DNA of 63,078 nt, filler included, from Deltaproteobacteria bacterium (GTDB lineage: Bacteria > JAUYMQ01): NCBI GenBank assembly GCA_030698575.1. It is 12 parts of 12 records of this genome, joined end to end, with 100 filler letters (N's around TTAATTAATTAA, not from the genome) between each part and the next. Parts side by side here need not be neighbours in the genome. Positions count along the whole stretch, not along the records: positions 28,736 to 43,672 come from JAUYMQ010000625.1; positions 43,773 to 47,680 come from JAUYMQ010000629.1; 10 more parts are not named here. The stretch is one strand, 5' to 3'. Within the stretch, counting starts at the first letter, position 1. Every line of letters starts with the position of its first letter. Shown here in pieces: positions 35,817 to 47,104 of this stretch. The position numbers and the translations under genes are program-made. The notes below the pieces were generated by a model. That model ran no database searches. It was not told where the DNA came from and saw nothing but the letters and a program-made list of their open reading frames with translations.

Positions 35817-36653
35817 TCAAGGGCAGCCGGTGTCGTTGCCGCAGAGGTTCTTGCCGAGCTGATCCGGATCGCCGACGCCCTGAGAACTCACGTTGGTATT
35901 GTTGTCGGTCACGATGTTCTCCAGGTAGCCGGAGTTGTCGGCGATGAAGAGGCCGATGATGTTTCCCGTGAGCACATTCCCGGCCACGAAGCATTGCTCT
36001 CCAGCCGAAGTTCCCGGGCCGCCGTTGCCAGAGGCGGTGTTGTGGGTGAGGCGGCTGGAATCCCCGCCGGCGATTCCGAAGTCGTCGTTCCGGATGGCCT
36101 GGCAATAGGTAACCGCGCTGTTCCCGCCCACCCCGATGCCGCCCTCGCCGTTCTCCTCCGCCCTGATCCGCTCCACGCGCGCTGCATCGCCGAGCCGGAG
36201 GCCATGGCCCGGCATGCCCCGGATGGTTCCGTCCACCACGGTCGTGTTCTTCACGCACCCCTCGCCGGCGCAGGCGTCGACGCCGCTCCCCCCCTCCACC
36301 TCACCGGACGGATCGCAATCGTCGACGGGGCTTCCCGTGCAGCTTCCCGGGCCGATGATGCTGAAGCCGTTCATGTTGAGGCTGACGTTGTCGGCGGCGA
36401 TCTGGATGGCGTCGGTGTCCGCCGTCGCCAGGGGATCGATCGTGAGGTCGAGGTTCGTGACGAGCACGTAGGCGCCCGGCTCGAGGATGACAATCGGGAA
36501 GAGGGACTCCGAGGTTTTCTTGTTCTTCTGGAGATCCTGCCCGATCTGGACCGGGCCGTCGTTTTTCTTGCCGGCGAGCGCGGGCGAGGTCGTGAGTATG
36601 AGTGCCGCGAGGGTCGCCAGGGCGATCTTCGTTATTCGCTGAAACTTCCGCAT
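35817..36653 (-). CDS. Exported beta-helix protein
   Basis: Signal peptide; FPIVI.EPG.Y.L..NL and V.LN.NGF.I.G motifs; Asn-ladder repeats. Confidence 0.75.
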   Translation of the reverse strand: MRKFQRITKIALATLAALILTTSPALAGKKNDGPVQIGQDLQKNKKTSESLFPIVILEPGAYVLVTNLDLTIDPLATADTDAIQIAADNVSLNMNGFSIIGPGSCTGSPVDDCDPSGEVEGGSGVDACAGEGCVKNTTVVDGTIRGMPGHGLRLGDAARVERIRAEENGEGGIGVGGNSAVTYCQAIRNDDFGIAGGDSSRLTHNTASGNGGPGTSAGEQCFVAGNVLTGNIIGLFIADNSGYLENIVTDNNTNVSSQGVGDPDQLGKNLCGNDTGCP

Positions 36654-36977
36654 GCCTTCCACCTCCGAAATCTCTGATCGGTCTTCTCTCGCGCGGAGCG
36701 AGGAGCAGAGTGCTGGATTGTCGGGGGGGGATTTATTTACGGGGTATTTCGAGTTGCCGGACGCCGAGACTCCCACGCGGAGTCCGGAGTGTCAATGACG
36801 GGAACGCCCCGGATCAACCTGCCACAACGCCTCGTGGCATCCAGGGGGCAGGGCACAACATCTTCCACAGGGCCTCAAGGCGGGATCCTTCATGGCGGGA
36901 ACAGTCTAAAAATGCTTGACTCGGCGCGTCGGCGCGGCATGATGGCCCGACCAAGCTTCCCCCCCGAGAGGGAAGCC

Positions 36978-37127
36978 ATGCGTACACCAAGCATTGTCAG
37001 ACGCGTCACACTGCCCCTCATCATCCTGTTCTTCGCAGCCTTGTTCATCATCTTCAGCGCCAACATGGGTGAGTGGGTGCGCTCCAACGCCAGTAGCCCG
37101 CTGATCGAGGCCTTCGTATCGCACTAG
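36978..37127 (+). CDS. 49-aa single-TM peptide (paralog 1)
   Basis: MRTPSIVRRVTLPLIILFFAALFIIFSANMGEWVRSNASSPLIEAFVSH; RBS gaggg; TTGACT-N16-CATGAT at 36916-36943. Confidence 0.7.
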   Translation: MRTPSIVRRVTLPLIILFFAALFIIFSANMGEWVRSNASSPLIEAFVSH

Positions 37128-37241
37128 GATCGGGGAGCTTCCGGCCCGCTCGGCCGCGAGGAACCCCGAAAACACCCCTACTTGACGCGGCCCGGGGATC
37201 AGCCATACTGACAGGGTCCCACCGCCGGTCGGATCGGAACC

Positions 37242-37391
37242 ATGAAACGACCCTCTCTCGTCAGACGCCTCTCGGTGCCGCTCATCATCCTTCTGCTCGC
37301 AGCCCTTTACCTGCTCTTCACCACCAATGTGGGTGAGTGGGTAAGTTCGCTCGAAGGGAGCCACCTGACCGACGTGCTCGTGACGCGGTAA
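37242..37391 (+). CDS. 49-aa single-TM peptide (paralog 2, not in ORF track)
   Basis: MKRPSLVRRLSVPLIILLLAALYLLFTTNVGEWVSSLEGSHLTDVLVTR; TTGACG-N16-CATACT at 37182-37209. Confidence 0.7.
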   Translation: MKRPSLVRRLSVPLIILLLAALYLLFTTNVGEWVSSLEGSHLTDVLVTR

Positions 37392-37500
37392 CGGCGGAAG
37401 CGGAAAAATATTTCAGAGCCTCAAAATACGTGCCCGGGGGGAGCTGTCCCCCCGGGTTCGCGTTTCAGGGCGTGCACGACCTTCCTATCGAGGCCCGTGC

Positions 37501-37998
37501 TCAAACGGATTCAAGCAGCTCGTCTGCGGCTGATTCGACGTCGGCATCGTCCGTGATGCTCTTCACGCGGCGAAGGGCCTTGGCCAGCGCATCGCGGTCG
37601 ACGCTTCCGGCGCGGGCCATCGGCGCGAGCGCGTCGAGCGCGCGAAGAACGATCTCGGCGTTCTCGTGGTCGAGGAATAGCAGGAGCAGATCACCCGAGG
37701 CGGGGAAACCGCTTTTCTCGATGTAAGCGTCGCAAGCCTCCGAGAAGCCCCGGGTGCCGCGCGCGTCGCGCACAGCGCTCTCGGCCGCGCCGCCGGACCT
37801 CTTCTTCGAGCCGCCGAAGAGCTTCTGGTCGAGCTTCTTGAGATAGGCATCCTTGGCCGCCTTCGAGGTCTCCCGCTCCTTCTCCGTCCGGGGCTCGCGC
37901 GGCCCCTCACGGGCGCCATGGGCGCTCCTGTCCCGCTTCTTGTCCATCTCCCGCCAGCTCGGGCGGTCGTGGCGATCCATGTCTTCACGTTTGGGCAT
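37501..37998 (-). CDS. Hypothetical helical protein
   Basis: 165-aa ORF with coding-like codon bias; SWREMDKKRDRS motif. Confidence 0.7.
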   Translation of the reverse strand: MPKREDMDRHDRPSWREMDKKRDRSAHGAREGPREPRTEKERETSKAAKDAYLKKLDQKLFGGSKKRSGGAAESAVRDARGTRGFSEACDAYIEKSGFPASGDLLLLFLDHENAEIVLRALDALAPMARAGSVDRDALAKALRRVKSITDDADVESAADELLESV

Positions 37999-38057
37999 GG
38001 CTGGAGATCCGGCTGGAGAAGGCGCGGCCAGGGGGGCGCCCAGGGGTGCGGGATGCC

Positions 38058-40229
38058 TCAGGCGGGCCGCACCTCGACAGGGACGCCGTTCATGATCGAG
38101 GCCGAGGCGAGAGGCTCGGCCACTTTCTCATCGATGAGATCGTTGATGTTCACGCCGGGGTTCGCTGACGCGACGCTGAGATCCGCCCCCTCCCGGTCGT
38201 GCCCCCAGCCGTGGGGAAGGCTCACCACGCCGGGCATGACCGCGTCGGTCACGCGCACGCGTGTGCGCAGCGAGCCCACGCGGCTGGAGATGACGGCGTT
38301 CGCGCCGTCAGCGATGCCGAGGCTCTCGGCATCGCCGGGATGCACGAAGAGATCGCAGCTGCGCCCCCCCTTCATGAGCGAGGGGGCGTTGTGCATCCAG
38401 GAGTTGTTCGTGCGGATCTCGCGGCGCCCTATGAGGCGAAGCCAGCCGTCGTCCTACTCGTGCAGCGCCTCGCGCATTCGCGCGACGTCGCCCACGAGCA
38501 CCTCGTGCGCCACCCGGATGCGGTTGTCGGGGAGCCGCACCTTCCGCGCCCGGCCCCCGGGGCGCATGGGACCCAGATCGATGCCGTGGGGCGACTGCTT
38601 GATCTTGTCCAGGGTGAGTCCGTCCGGGTTGGCCCCGAACTGCTCGCCGTAGGTTCCCGTCCGCACGAGAACGTCCACCATCCGCTCCGGCGTGATCGGC
38701 TCATCCCCGGCGGAAGAGCCGTTGATCAGATCCCTGAGGCCGTGCGGCACGAGCTCGAGACCCATCGCGCGGCAAAGATCGTCGAAAATCACCCATTCCT
38801 CGCGCTGCTCCGGGCCCGGCTCGAAGACCTTGGGCGACCACTGGACGTAGTTGCGGACGCTCAGGTTCCCGAAGATGATATCCATGTGATTGCGCTCGAA
38901 GGCGAACACACCCGGCAGGATGATGTCGGCGTGACGCGTGGTCTCGTTCCGGTAGATGTCGATCGAGACCATGAAATCGAGCTTCTCGAAGGCCTCCGAC
39001 AGGCGCTTTCCGTTCGGCGCCGAGAGGATCGGATTGCCCGCGATCGTGATGAGCGCGTGGTGCTGCCCTTCGCCCGGCGTCTCGATCTCGTCGGCGAGCG
39101 TCGAGCAGGGAAGCTCGCCGGAGACCTTCGGGAGCCCGTTGATGCGGCTCCGCCACTTCCCGTAGTTCGGCGAGCTGAGCCCGCCCAGCTGCGTGCCGGG
39201 ATCAATCGGATACTCCGGGAACATCAGCCCGCCTTCCCGATCGAAGTTCCCCGTCACGATGTTCATCAGCTCAACAAACCAGTGCGTCAGCGTGGCGAAG
39301 GGGACGAGGCTGATCCCGACGCGTCCGTAGGCGACCGCCGAGGGGGCGGCTGCGTATTCGCGCGCGATGCGGCGGATGGTGTCCGCGTCGATGCCGACCT
39401 TCGGCGCGACGGCCTCGGGCGTGAAGGGCTCCAGCAGCTCGGGGATGACGTGCCAGCCGCCGTCGGTGATCTCGTCGAGAAGTTCGGTCTTCCAGGCGCC
39501 GTCCTTCCAGAGCGTCCGCAACATGGCGGCCACAAGCCAGCCGTCGCCGCCCGGGCGGACGAAGTGGTGCTCGCCGCCCCGCTTCAGGACCTCCATGGCG
39601 GTTTCGGTGCGGCGAGGGTCGATCACCACCACCTTGCCGCCCCGCTCGCTGACCTCGCGGAGCCTTCGATGCAGATCCGGCGCCGTCATGATGCTGCCGT
39701 TCGATGCAGCCGGGTTGGCGCCGAGCATCAGGAAATAGTCAGTTCGATCGACGTCGGGAACGGGGAGGGCGCCGTAAGCGCCGTAGAGCAGGAAGGAGGT
39801 CAGTAGCCGCGCGTTCGTGTCCTGGGAATTGGCGCTGTAGATCGACCGGGTGCCGAGCGCCTTCAGGAACAGCGCACCGAAGAGCGACATGCCGAGCGCG
39901 TGCACATTTGGATTGCCGAGGTAGACGCCGATGGCGCTGGGCCCGAATTTCTCCCGAACCGCGCCAAGCCGATCGGCCGTCTCGCGGATGGCCTCCTCGT
40001 AGGAAATCTCGCTCCAGCCGCCGCCCCGGGTCCGGCGGAGCGGCTTGCGGAGCCGGTCCGGGTCGTGGTGAATGTCGCGCATGGCGGCGCCCTTCACGCA
40101 CATGTAGCCCCGCGAGAAGGGGTTCTGCGGATCCGATCGGATGGCCTTGATGGTCTGGCCCTCGGTCTCGACCTCGAGGCCGCAGATCGCCTCGCACATG
40201 GAGCATGCGCGGTGGTGGATGTCGGGCAT
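38058..40229 (-). pseudogene. Molybdopterin-dependent oxidoreductase interrupted by one in-frame TAG
   Basis: CSMCEAICG..C Fe-S motif; TAG at 38456-38454; the same frame continues DDGWLRLIGRREIRTNNSWMHN...PHGWGH. Confidence 0.85.
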
Positions 40230-40323
40230 GAACGGTCTCCTCCGGAAGGATCAGCACGCGGGATATCCATCATCGGGGATCGAGCCCCTTTTGTCGAGCC
40301 GGATGCATCCGGGGCACTAACCC

Positions 40324-40420
40324 TGTCATTGCGAGGAGCGAAGCGACGAAGCAATCCCCTTGTTTGAGGCGCTTCCCGGGGGATTGCTTCGTCGGGCCTG
40401 TGGCCCTCCTCGCAATGACA
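40324..40420. repeat. REP/REPIN-type nested inverted repeat (GTCATTGCGAG class)
   Basis: 15-bp IR 40324-40338/40406-40420 and 16-bp IR 40344-40359/40379-40394. Confidence 0.85.
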
Positions 40421-40517
40421 TGCGGGAGGCGCTATCATGCCCCCCATCGGACCGCCCGGCGCCCCTGTTTTCCGGGCGGGACCTTCCCGTTCATCCTTCC
40501 AGCCGCGGGTTCAGAGA

Positions 40518-42563
40518 ATGACGAGACGCTCCGCCGCGCCGGAACCGTCCCGGTCGCCGGCCTTCAGCCAGCTCGACGAACTGTGCGTCAATACCCTCCG
40601 CACGCTCGCCATGGACATGGTCCAGAAGGCGAACAGCGGGCATCCCGGCGCGCCCATGGGGCTGGCGCCGCTTGCCTACGTGCTCTGGACCCGACACCTG
40701 CGCTTCGATCCCCGTGACCCGGCCTGGCCCGGGAGAGATCGCTTCGTGCTCTCGGCCGGCCACGCCTGCGCGCTCCACTACATCCTGCTGCATCTCACCG
40801 GCTTCGACGTCTCGATGGAAGATCTTCGAAACTTTCGGCAGTGGGAGAGCCTGACCCCCGGCCACCCCGAGCGGGATCACACGCCGGGCATCGAGATCAC
40901 GACAGGCCCGCTGGGGCAGGGCATCAGTTCGGCGGTGGGCATGGCCATCGCTGCGCGTTTCCTCGCCGCCCGGTTCAACCGGCCCGGCCATCCGGTGATC
41001 GATCACCAGGTGTATGTCATCGCAAGCGATGGCGATCTGATGGAAGGGGTGGCATCCGAGGCCGCGTCGATCGCCGGCTTCCAGCGCCTGGGCAACCTGA
41101 ACGTCTACTACGATGACAACCACATCACGATCGACGGCAGCACCGATCTGGCCTTCAGGGAAGACGTGGGGAAGCGGTTCGAGGCTTACGGATGGCGGGT
41201 GCTGCGTGTCGAGGACGGCAACCGCGATCTCGCGGCGCTCGACGCGGCGATCGCCACGGCGCGCGACGAGCATTCGCGCCCGACGCTCGTCATCGTTCGG
41301 ACGAGCATCGGTTACGGAAGCCCCGGAAAGCAGGACACGGCGGCGGCCCACGGCTCCCCGCTCGGCGAGGACGAGGTGCGCCTCACGAAGCAGAAGCTCG
41401 GCTGGCCTGAGTCGCCCGCCTTTCTCGTTCCGGACGACGCGCTCAAGCGGTTTCGCGAGGCGGTCCCGCGGGGCGAGGTGGCCCGGAAGTCCTGGACGGC
41501 AATGCTGGAGTCCTACCGGAAGGCCCATCCCGACCTGGCCGCGATTTTCGAGCAGGCGCTGCGAGGCGAGCTTCCGAAGGGGTGGTCTTCGGATCTGCCG
41601 CGCTACGAGGCGAGCCAGGGCGCCATGGCGACCCGGACGGCGTCAGGCAAGGCGCTGAACGCCATTGCGAAGAAGGTCCCCGTCTTTCTGGGCGGCTCGG
41701 CCGACCTTGCGCCATCGAACAATACGCTGATCGACGGCGAGGAAAGTCTCTCGGCCGACAATCCCGGTGGGCGGAACATCCACTTCGGCGTCAGGGAGCA
41801 CGCGATGGGCGCCGTCCTGAACGGAATGGCAGCGCACGGCGGTGTCGTTCCCTACGGCGGCACGTTCCTCGTCTTCGCCGACTACATGCGGCCTTCGATT
41901 CGCCTGGCCGCCATGCAGAAGCTCCACACCATCTACGTCTTCACGCACGACAGCATCGGGCTCGGCGAGGACGGCCCCACGCATCAGCCGATCGAGCACC
42001 TGGCGATGCTGCGCGCGACACCGGGCCTCGCCGTCATCCGGCCGGGCGACGCGAACGAAACGACGGCGGCCTGGCGCGAGGTGATGGAGCGGAGCGACGC
42101 GCCCGCGGCGCTGATCCTGACGCGCCAGAAACTGCCCATCCTCGACGGCACGGCCGATCTGGCGGAGAAGGGTGTGGCTCGCGGCGCCTACGTGCTGGCG
42201 GACGCGGTCGACATCGACGCCATCGTGATCGCGTCGGGCTCGGAGGTGCAGCTGGCCATGGGCGCGCGCGAGGCGGTCGCGCGAGAGGGCGTCGGCGTGC
42301 GCGTGGTGAGCTTCCCGTGCTGGGAGTGGTTTGCACGGCAGGACGCGGCCTACCGCGAGGCCGTTCTGCCCGCGTCGGTCACGCGCCGCCTCGTCGTAGA
42401 GGCGGCCTCTCCCTTCGGCTGGGAGCGGTGGGCGGGTTCGGCGGGATCGATCCTCGGCATCGATCGGTTCGGCGCGTCGGCTCCCGAGCAGGTGAACCTC
42501 GAGAAATTCGGCTACACCGTCGAGAACGTCACGGCGCGCCTGCGCGCGCTCCTCTCCCGCTAG
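40518..42563 (+). CDS. tkt: Transketolase
   Basis: [29 protein letters not shown] and GEDGPTHQP motifs. Confidence 0.97.
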   Translation: MTRRSAAPEPSRSPAFSQLDELCVNTLRTLAMDMVQKANSGHPGAPMGLAPLAYVLWTRHLRFDPRDPAWPGRDRFVLSAGHACALHYILLHLTGFDVSMEDLRNFRQWESLTPGHPERDHTPGIEITTGPLGQGISSAVGMAIAARFLAARFNRPGHPVIDHQVYVIASDGDLMEGVASEAASIAGFQRLGNLNVYYDDNHITIDGSTDLAFREDVGKRFEAYGWRVLRVEDGNRDLAALDAAIATARDEHSRPTLVIVRTSIGYGSPGKQDTAAAHGSPLGEDEVRLTKQKLGWPESPAFLVPDDALKRFREAVPRGEVARKSWTAMLESYRKAHPDLAAIFEQALRGELPKGWSSDLPRYEASQGAMATRTASGKALNAIAKKVPVFLGGSADLAPSNNTLIDGEESLSADNPGGRNIHFGVREHAMGAVLNGMAAHGGVVPYGGTFLVFADYMRPSIRLAAMQKLHTIYVFTHDSIGLGEDGPTHQPIEHLAMLRATPGLAVIRPGDANETTAAWREVMERSDAPAALILTRQKLPILDGTADLAEKGVARGAYVLADAVDIDAIVIASGSEVQLAMGAREAVAREGVGVRVVSFPCWEWFARQDAAYREAVLPASVTRRLVVEAASPFGWERWAGSAGSILGIDRFGASAPEQVNLEKFGYTVENVTARLRALLSR

Positions 42564-43114
42564 CCTGCGCCGGGCCCGTCGGGATCGTCCGGCGGCAGCA
42601 GGAGATCCTCCAGAAAGAACGCCGACAGCTCAGCCCTTCCGGAAAGCCCCGACTTTCGATAGACCGCCACGGCGTGCTGGCGCACCGTTCGTTCGCTCCT
42701 GCCCAGCAGCGCCGCTACCTCCTTGTGCCCGTAGCCCTTCAGCAAGAACATCGCGACATCCCGCTCGGCCGGGGTCAGGCCCCACGCCTCGAGCTGGCGG
42801 CTGATCTCCTCGCCCAGTCCGCGGAGCAGCTTTCCCGACTTCCGGCGCCAGGCGTCGCGGTCGGCGCCTTGCTCCGAGAGGGCCTGCTCGACACGCGCCA
42901 GCGAACGCCGGGTCTGCATCCACCCCGCCCACAGGTAGGCCACCGTTCCCAGGCAGCCCAGGACGAATATCGTTTCGAAGATGAAGTGAAAGGGGTCGCG
43001 CGACCATGCGCGGTCGAGAACGATGTCCGTCAACCCGGCCGCCGCCGTCGCGCCGAGTAGCGCTGTGAGCAGCATCCGGAAGCGGAGGTCTCCGTCATTT
43101 GTCGGAAGCGGCAC
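42560..43114 (-). CDS. Membrane-anchored LuxR-type HTH regulator
   Basis: Two TM helices, then WGLTPAE..VA..LLKG...KE.A....SERTVRQ....YRK; start uncertain (43114 or 43075). Confidence 0.85.
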   Translation of the reverse strand: MPLPTNDGDLRFRMLLTALLGATAAAGLTDIVLDRAWSRDPFHFIFETIFVLGCLGTVAYLWAGWMQTRRSLARVEQALSEQGADRDAWRRKSGKLLRGLGEEISRQLEAWGLTPAERDVAMFLLKGYGHKEVAALLGRSERTVRQHAVAVYRKSGLSGRAELSAFFLEDLLLPPDDPDGPGAG

Positions 43115-43250
43115 GAGGATTACCCTGAGGGAAGGGGGGATCCGGCATCGGGCAAGTGCCGGATGGCAGGAAACGCGGCGGGCGCGAATATTCCCCTGCG
43201 TAACCTGACAGTCAACCCGAACATACCAACCATAACATGGAGGACATACC

Positions 43251-43672
43251 ATGCTTCCGGACCCGCTTCATCCGGCGGTCGTTCACCTGCCGCTGGCCCT
43301 CGCGGCGCTCCTGCCTGTTTTCGCGCTGCTGGCGGTTGCCGCCATTCACGCCCGGCGCCTGCCCGTCCGCGCCTGGGCCGCCATCCCGATTCTCGCGGCC
43401 CTCATGGCGGGGGGCGGCTGGCTGGCCCTTGAGACGGGCGAGCACGAGGAGGATCGCGTGGAGGACGTCGTGGCCGAGCGATACATCGAGGAACACGAGG
43501 AGCACGCCGAGGTCTTCACCGTCCTGGCTGCAGCTCTTGCCGCCATCTCCCTGGGCGGCTTGATCCCCGGCCGTCCGGGAAACCTGGGGCGCGTGGCCGC
43601 GGCGGCGCTGTCAGTCGTCACGCTCGGCTTCGCGCTCGCCGTCGGGCACTCCGGCGGTGAGCTGGTCTACCG
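43251..43672 (+). CDS. DUF2231-like membrane protein (3' truncated)
   Basis: PLHPAVVHLP, HEEHAE and GHSGGELVY motifs. Confidence 0.75.
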
Positions 43673-43904
43673 NNNNNNNNNNNNNNNNNNNNNNNNNNNN
43701 NNNNNNNNNNNNNNNNTTAATTAATTAANNNNNNNNNNNNNNNNNNNNNNNNNNNNNNNNNNNNNNNNNNNNCGGTCCGAAAGGGCTGATCGCAATTACC
43801 CCCTGCGCCCGCAGATTTCCTATCGGAAAGGCCGGGTGCGCCCTTGAGGGACTGCGAGGGACTGCAACCGGAGGGTTCCGGCCGGGGGGTTCAGGGCAGC
43901 GGGA

Positions 43905-44195
43905 TCAGGAAGAATCGCGGTGCAGCAGCATCGCGAACAGAACGGGGACGACCAGCATGGTCAGCATGGTGGCGAAGAGGAGCCCGAATATGATCGTAAC
44001 CGCCATGGCGGAGAAGAAGGGGTCCAGCAGCAACGGGATCATGCCGAGCGCGGTCGTTGAAGCCGCCATGCCGACGGGACGGAGCCGGCTGACGCCCGCT
44101 TCCACAATGGCGGCGGACAGTTCCCCGCCGTCGCTCCACTGCAGGTTGATTTCATCGATGAGGACGATGGCGTTCTTGATGAGCATGCCCGAGAG
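43905..44195 (-). pseudogene. C-terminal remnant of an AcrB/RND efflux permease
   Basis: LSGMLIKNAIVLID, RLRPV.M...TT.LG..PL and GL.FAT.LT..VVP; no room upstream for the rest of the gene. Confidence 0.8.
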
Positions 44196-44342
44196 GTTCG
44201 ATCGCGGGGGGAGCCTATTCGATGCGCGGGCCCGACACAAGCGCGCGGCGATAGGCGGGAAGCGCCTTAACGGCACGGCTCAAATGATCCATAATCGGCC
44301 GAGGTGCGGGCGGGACGCTTCACCGCCCGCAAGGAGGGGCAC

Positions 44343-45158
44343 ATGCTGAAAGCCGGATCGGTCTTCTTCATCACGGGGGCGGCCAGCGGCATCGGGGCCG
44401 CCACGGCGGAACTCGTCGCATCGAAGGGGCACCGGGTGGCGGTCTGCGATCTGAATCTCGAAGCGGCTTCCGTGCTCGCGAAGCGGCTCGGTGAGAACGC
44501 CCATCCGATTGCGATCGAGGTGCGCGAAGCAGGCGCCTGGGAGAGCGCGCTGGACGAAGCCTGGAAGCGGTTCGGCGGCATAGACGTGCTGGTGAACAAC
44601 GCCGGCGTGATTCACACGGGGTGGGTTCGGGAACAACCATTTGACAAGCTGCAGCACATGATTGACGTCAACTTGATCGGCCTCATGCGGGGAGTGCTGG
44701 CGACGGTGCCGCGGTTCCAGGATCAGGGCCACGGGCACGTGATCAACGTGGGTAGCCTCGCCTCCTTCGTTCCCCTGCCCGGACAGACGGTCTACGCGGC
44801 GACGAAGCACGCGGTTCGCGCCTTTCATCACGGTTTCGCCATGGAGCAGCGAGATCGCCGGGTGACCTTCACGCTGGTTTGCCCCGGCGTCGTCGACACG
44901 CCGATGCTTCGTCAACAGTACGGCATCGACGCGTCGGCGCTCTCATTTTCCTCCCCCGCCATGCAGCCCGGGGAGGTTGCGGAGGCCATCCTCCGCGCCG
45001 CCCGCGAGCGCCCGCTCGAGATACTGATTCCGGCCTTCCAGGGGGCGCAGCTGCGGTTAGCCGGGATCTTTCCGCGCATCGTCCGCCTGATGAAGGCGGG
45101 CGCCGAGGCCAGAGGGCGGAAAGCCATGTCGAAGCTCCCTGGGGGGACGCGCGAGTGA
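44343..45158 (+). CDS. SDR-family oxidoreductase
   Basis: TGAASGIG, NNAG and YAATK motifs. Confidence 0.93.
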   Translation: MLKAGSVFFITGAASGIGAATAELVASKGHRVAVCDLNLEAASVLAKRLGENAHPIAIEVREAGAWESALDEAWKRFGGIDVLVNNAGVIHTGWVREQPFDKLQHMIDVNLIGLMRGVLATVPRFQDQGHGHVINVGSLASFVPLPGQTVYAATKHAVRAFHHGFAMEQRDRRVTFTLVCPGVVDTPMLRQQYGIDASALSFSSPAMQPGEVAEAILRAARERPLEILIPAFQGAQLRLAGIFPRIVRLMKAGAEARGRKAMSKLPGGTRE

Positions 45159-45913
45159 GCGTTTTGCAACGGGACGGCACCAAGATTCAGTACGAGGTGC
45201 ACGGGGAAGGGCCCTGCGTTCTCCTGACTCACGGGTACGCTGCGTCGGCAAGGATGTGGGACGCCCAGCGCGTCGCGCTGTCGGCGGAGTATCGCCCCGT
45301 CCTGTGGAACATGCGGGGGCACGGCGAGAGCGATGCCCCCGGCGACGTGTCGGCCTATTCGGCGGAAGCAACGGTGGCCGACATGGCGGCGATCCTCGAT
45401 GCCTGCGGCGAGGCGCAGGCGGTGATTGCCGGTATGTCACTCGGCGGCTACATGTCGCTGGATTTTCACAGGGCGCACCCGGCGCGAGTGAGGGCGCTCG
45501 TCCTCGTCGACACCGGGCCTGGTTTCCGCAACGCGGATGCGCGAACCGCCTGGAACGGCTACGCCCTCGCGACGGCGGAGCGCTACGCGCGGGACGGCCT
45601 GCGCGCCCTTCCGAGCTCCCCCGAAGTTGCCTCAGCCTCCCATCGCTCGGCCCGCGGGCTCGAGCTGGCTGCCCGCGGGATGCTGGTCCAGCACGACGCG
45701 CGGGTGATCGAGTCGCTCAGGCGCATTGTAGTTCCCACGCTCATTGTCGTGGGGGCCGAGGACAAGCTTTTCCTCGATGCCGCGGACTACATGGCGCGGG
45801 TGATCCCCGGCGCGATCAAGCGTGTGATCGCCAAGGCGGGGCACGCCCCGAACGTCGAGCGGCCGGAAGCATTCAACGATGTTCTCCTCGATTTCCTGAA
45901 GAGCCTCAGCTGA
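45155..45913 (+). CDS. Alpha/beta-fold hydrolase
   Basis: LTHG, RGHG.S, GMSLGG and AGH motifs. Confidence 0.92.
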   Translation: MSVLQRDGTKIQYEVHGEGPCVLLTHGYAASARMWDAQRVALSAEYRPVLWNMRGHGESDAPGDVSAYSAEATVADMAAILDACGEAQAVIAGMSLGGYMSLDFHRAHPARVRALVLVDTGPGFRNADARTAWNGYALATAERYARDGLRALPSSPEVASASHRSARGLELAARGMLVQHDARVIESLRRIVVPTLIVVGAEDKLFLDAADYMARVIPGAIKRVIAKAGHAPNVERPEAFNDVLLDFLKSLS

Positions 45914-45952
45914 CGCCGGGACGCCGCGCCCTGGAGAAGGTGACGTGATGAC

Positions 45953-47104
45953 ATGAAGGCATTCCACTTCGAGCCCTGCCGGCTGCCGGAGGAAACGCGC
46001 CCGCTTCGCGAGGAGGTGCGGCAGTTTCTCGATGAGCATCTGCGCGACTATCCGCTCCAGCTTCGGGCCTACACCTGGACGGGGTATGATCCGGAATTCA
46101 GCCGGAAGGTGGGAGAACGTGGCTGGATCGGAATGACCTGGCCGAAGACCTACGGCGGCTCGGAACGGTCCGCTCTCGAGCGGTACGTCGTTCTGGAGGA
46201 AATGCTTGCCGCTGGCGCGCCGGTGGGGGCCCACTGGGTTGGCGACCGGCAGAGCGGGCCGCTTCTCCTTCGTTATGGCACCGAGGAGCAGCGCCGCCGG
46301 CTGCTACCCGCGATCTGCCGGGGGGAGATCTTCTTCTGCATCGGCATGAGCGAGCCGGACTCGGGCTCCGATCTCGCGTCGATCCGGGCCCGCGCGGAGC
46401 GAGCCGACGGGGGGTGGCGGATCAACGGCACAAAGCTGTGGACCAGCGGCGCGCAGCGTTGCGGCTTCATGATCGCACTCTTCCGGACGGGCACGGATCC
46501 CGAAGACCGGCATGCGGGCCTGTCGCAGTTCATCGTCCCGCTGGACGGCCCCGGCATCACCATCCGTCCCATCCGGGATCTCTCGGGGAACGATCACTTC
46601 TGCGAAGTTGTTTTCGAGGACGCGCCCGTGCCTGAGGATGCGATCGTGGGCAACGAGGGCGACGGATGGATGCAGGTAATCACAGAGCTTGCCTTCGAGC
46701 GAAGTGGCCCCGAGCGTTATCTCTCCTGCTACCCGCTGCTGTCGGCGCTTTTGGGAGAGCTTGGAGACAAGCCGGGCGAGCGCTCGCTCATTGGCGTGGG
46801 GCGGCAGCTGGCGCATCTCGCCACGCTCAGAAACATGTCCATCAGCGTGGCCGGTCTTATCGAGGCGGGTGAGAGCCCGGCGCTCGAGGCGTGCGTTGTG
46901 AAGGATCTGGGAGGAGTGTTCGAGCAGGCCCTGCCGGGATTCGCGCGGTCGCTCCTCGATGTCGAGCCACGGGCCGATGAGGGCGGCAGCGAGTATCAGC
47001 AGGCGCTGGCACTGCTCACGCAGATCGCGCCCTCGTTCTCACTCCGCGGCGGAACGCGGGAGATACTCCGCGGCATCATCGCGCGCGGGCTGGGGCTCCG
47101 ATGA
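45953..47104 (+). CDS. Acyl-CoA dehydrogenase
   Basis: MSEPDSGSDLAS, NGTKLWTS, ERSGPER and LRGGTREILR motifs. Confidence 0.93.
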   Translation: MKAFHFEPCRLPEETRPLREEVRQFLDEHLRDYPLQLRAYTWTGYDPEFSRKVGERGWIGMTWPKTYGGSERSALERYVVLEEMLAAGAPVGAHWVGDRQSGPLLLRYGTEEQRRRLLPAICRGEIFFCIGMSEPDSGSDLASIRARAERADGGWRINGTKLWTSGAQRCGFMIALFRTGTDPEDRHAGLSQFIVPLDGPGITIRPIRDLSGNDHFCEVVFEDAPVPEDAIVGNEGDGWMQVITELAFERSGPERYLSCYPLLSALLGELGDKPGERSLIGVGRQLAHLATLRNMSISVAGLIEAGESPALEACVVKDLGGVFEQALPGFARSLLDVEPRADEGGSEYQQALALLTQIAPSFSLRGGTREILRGIIARGLGLR

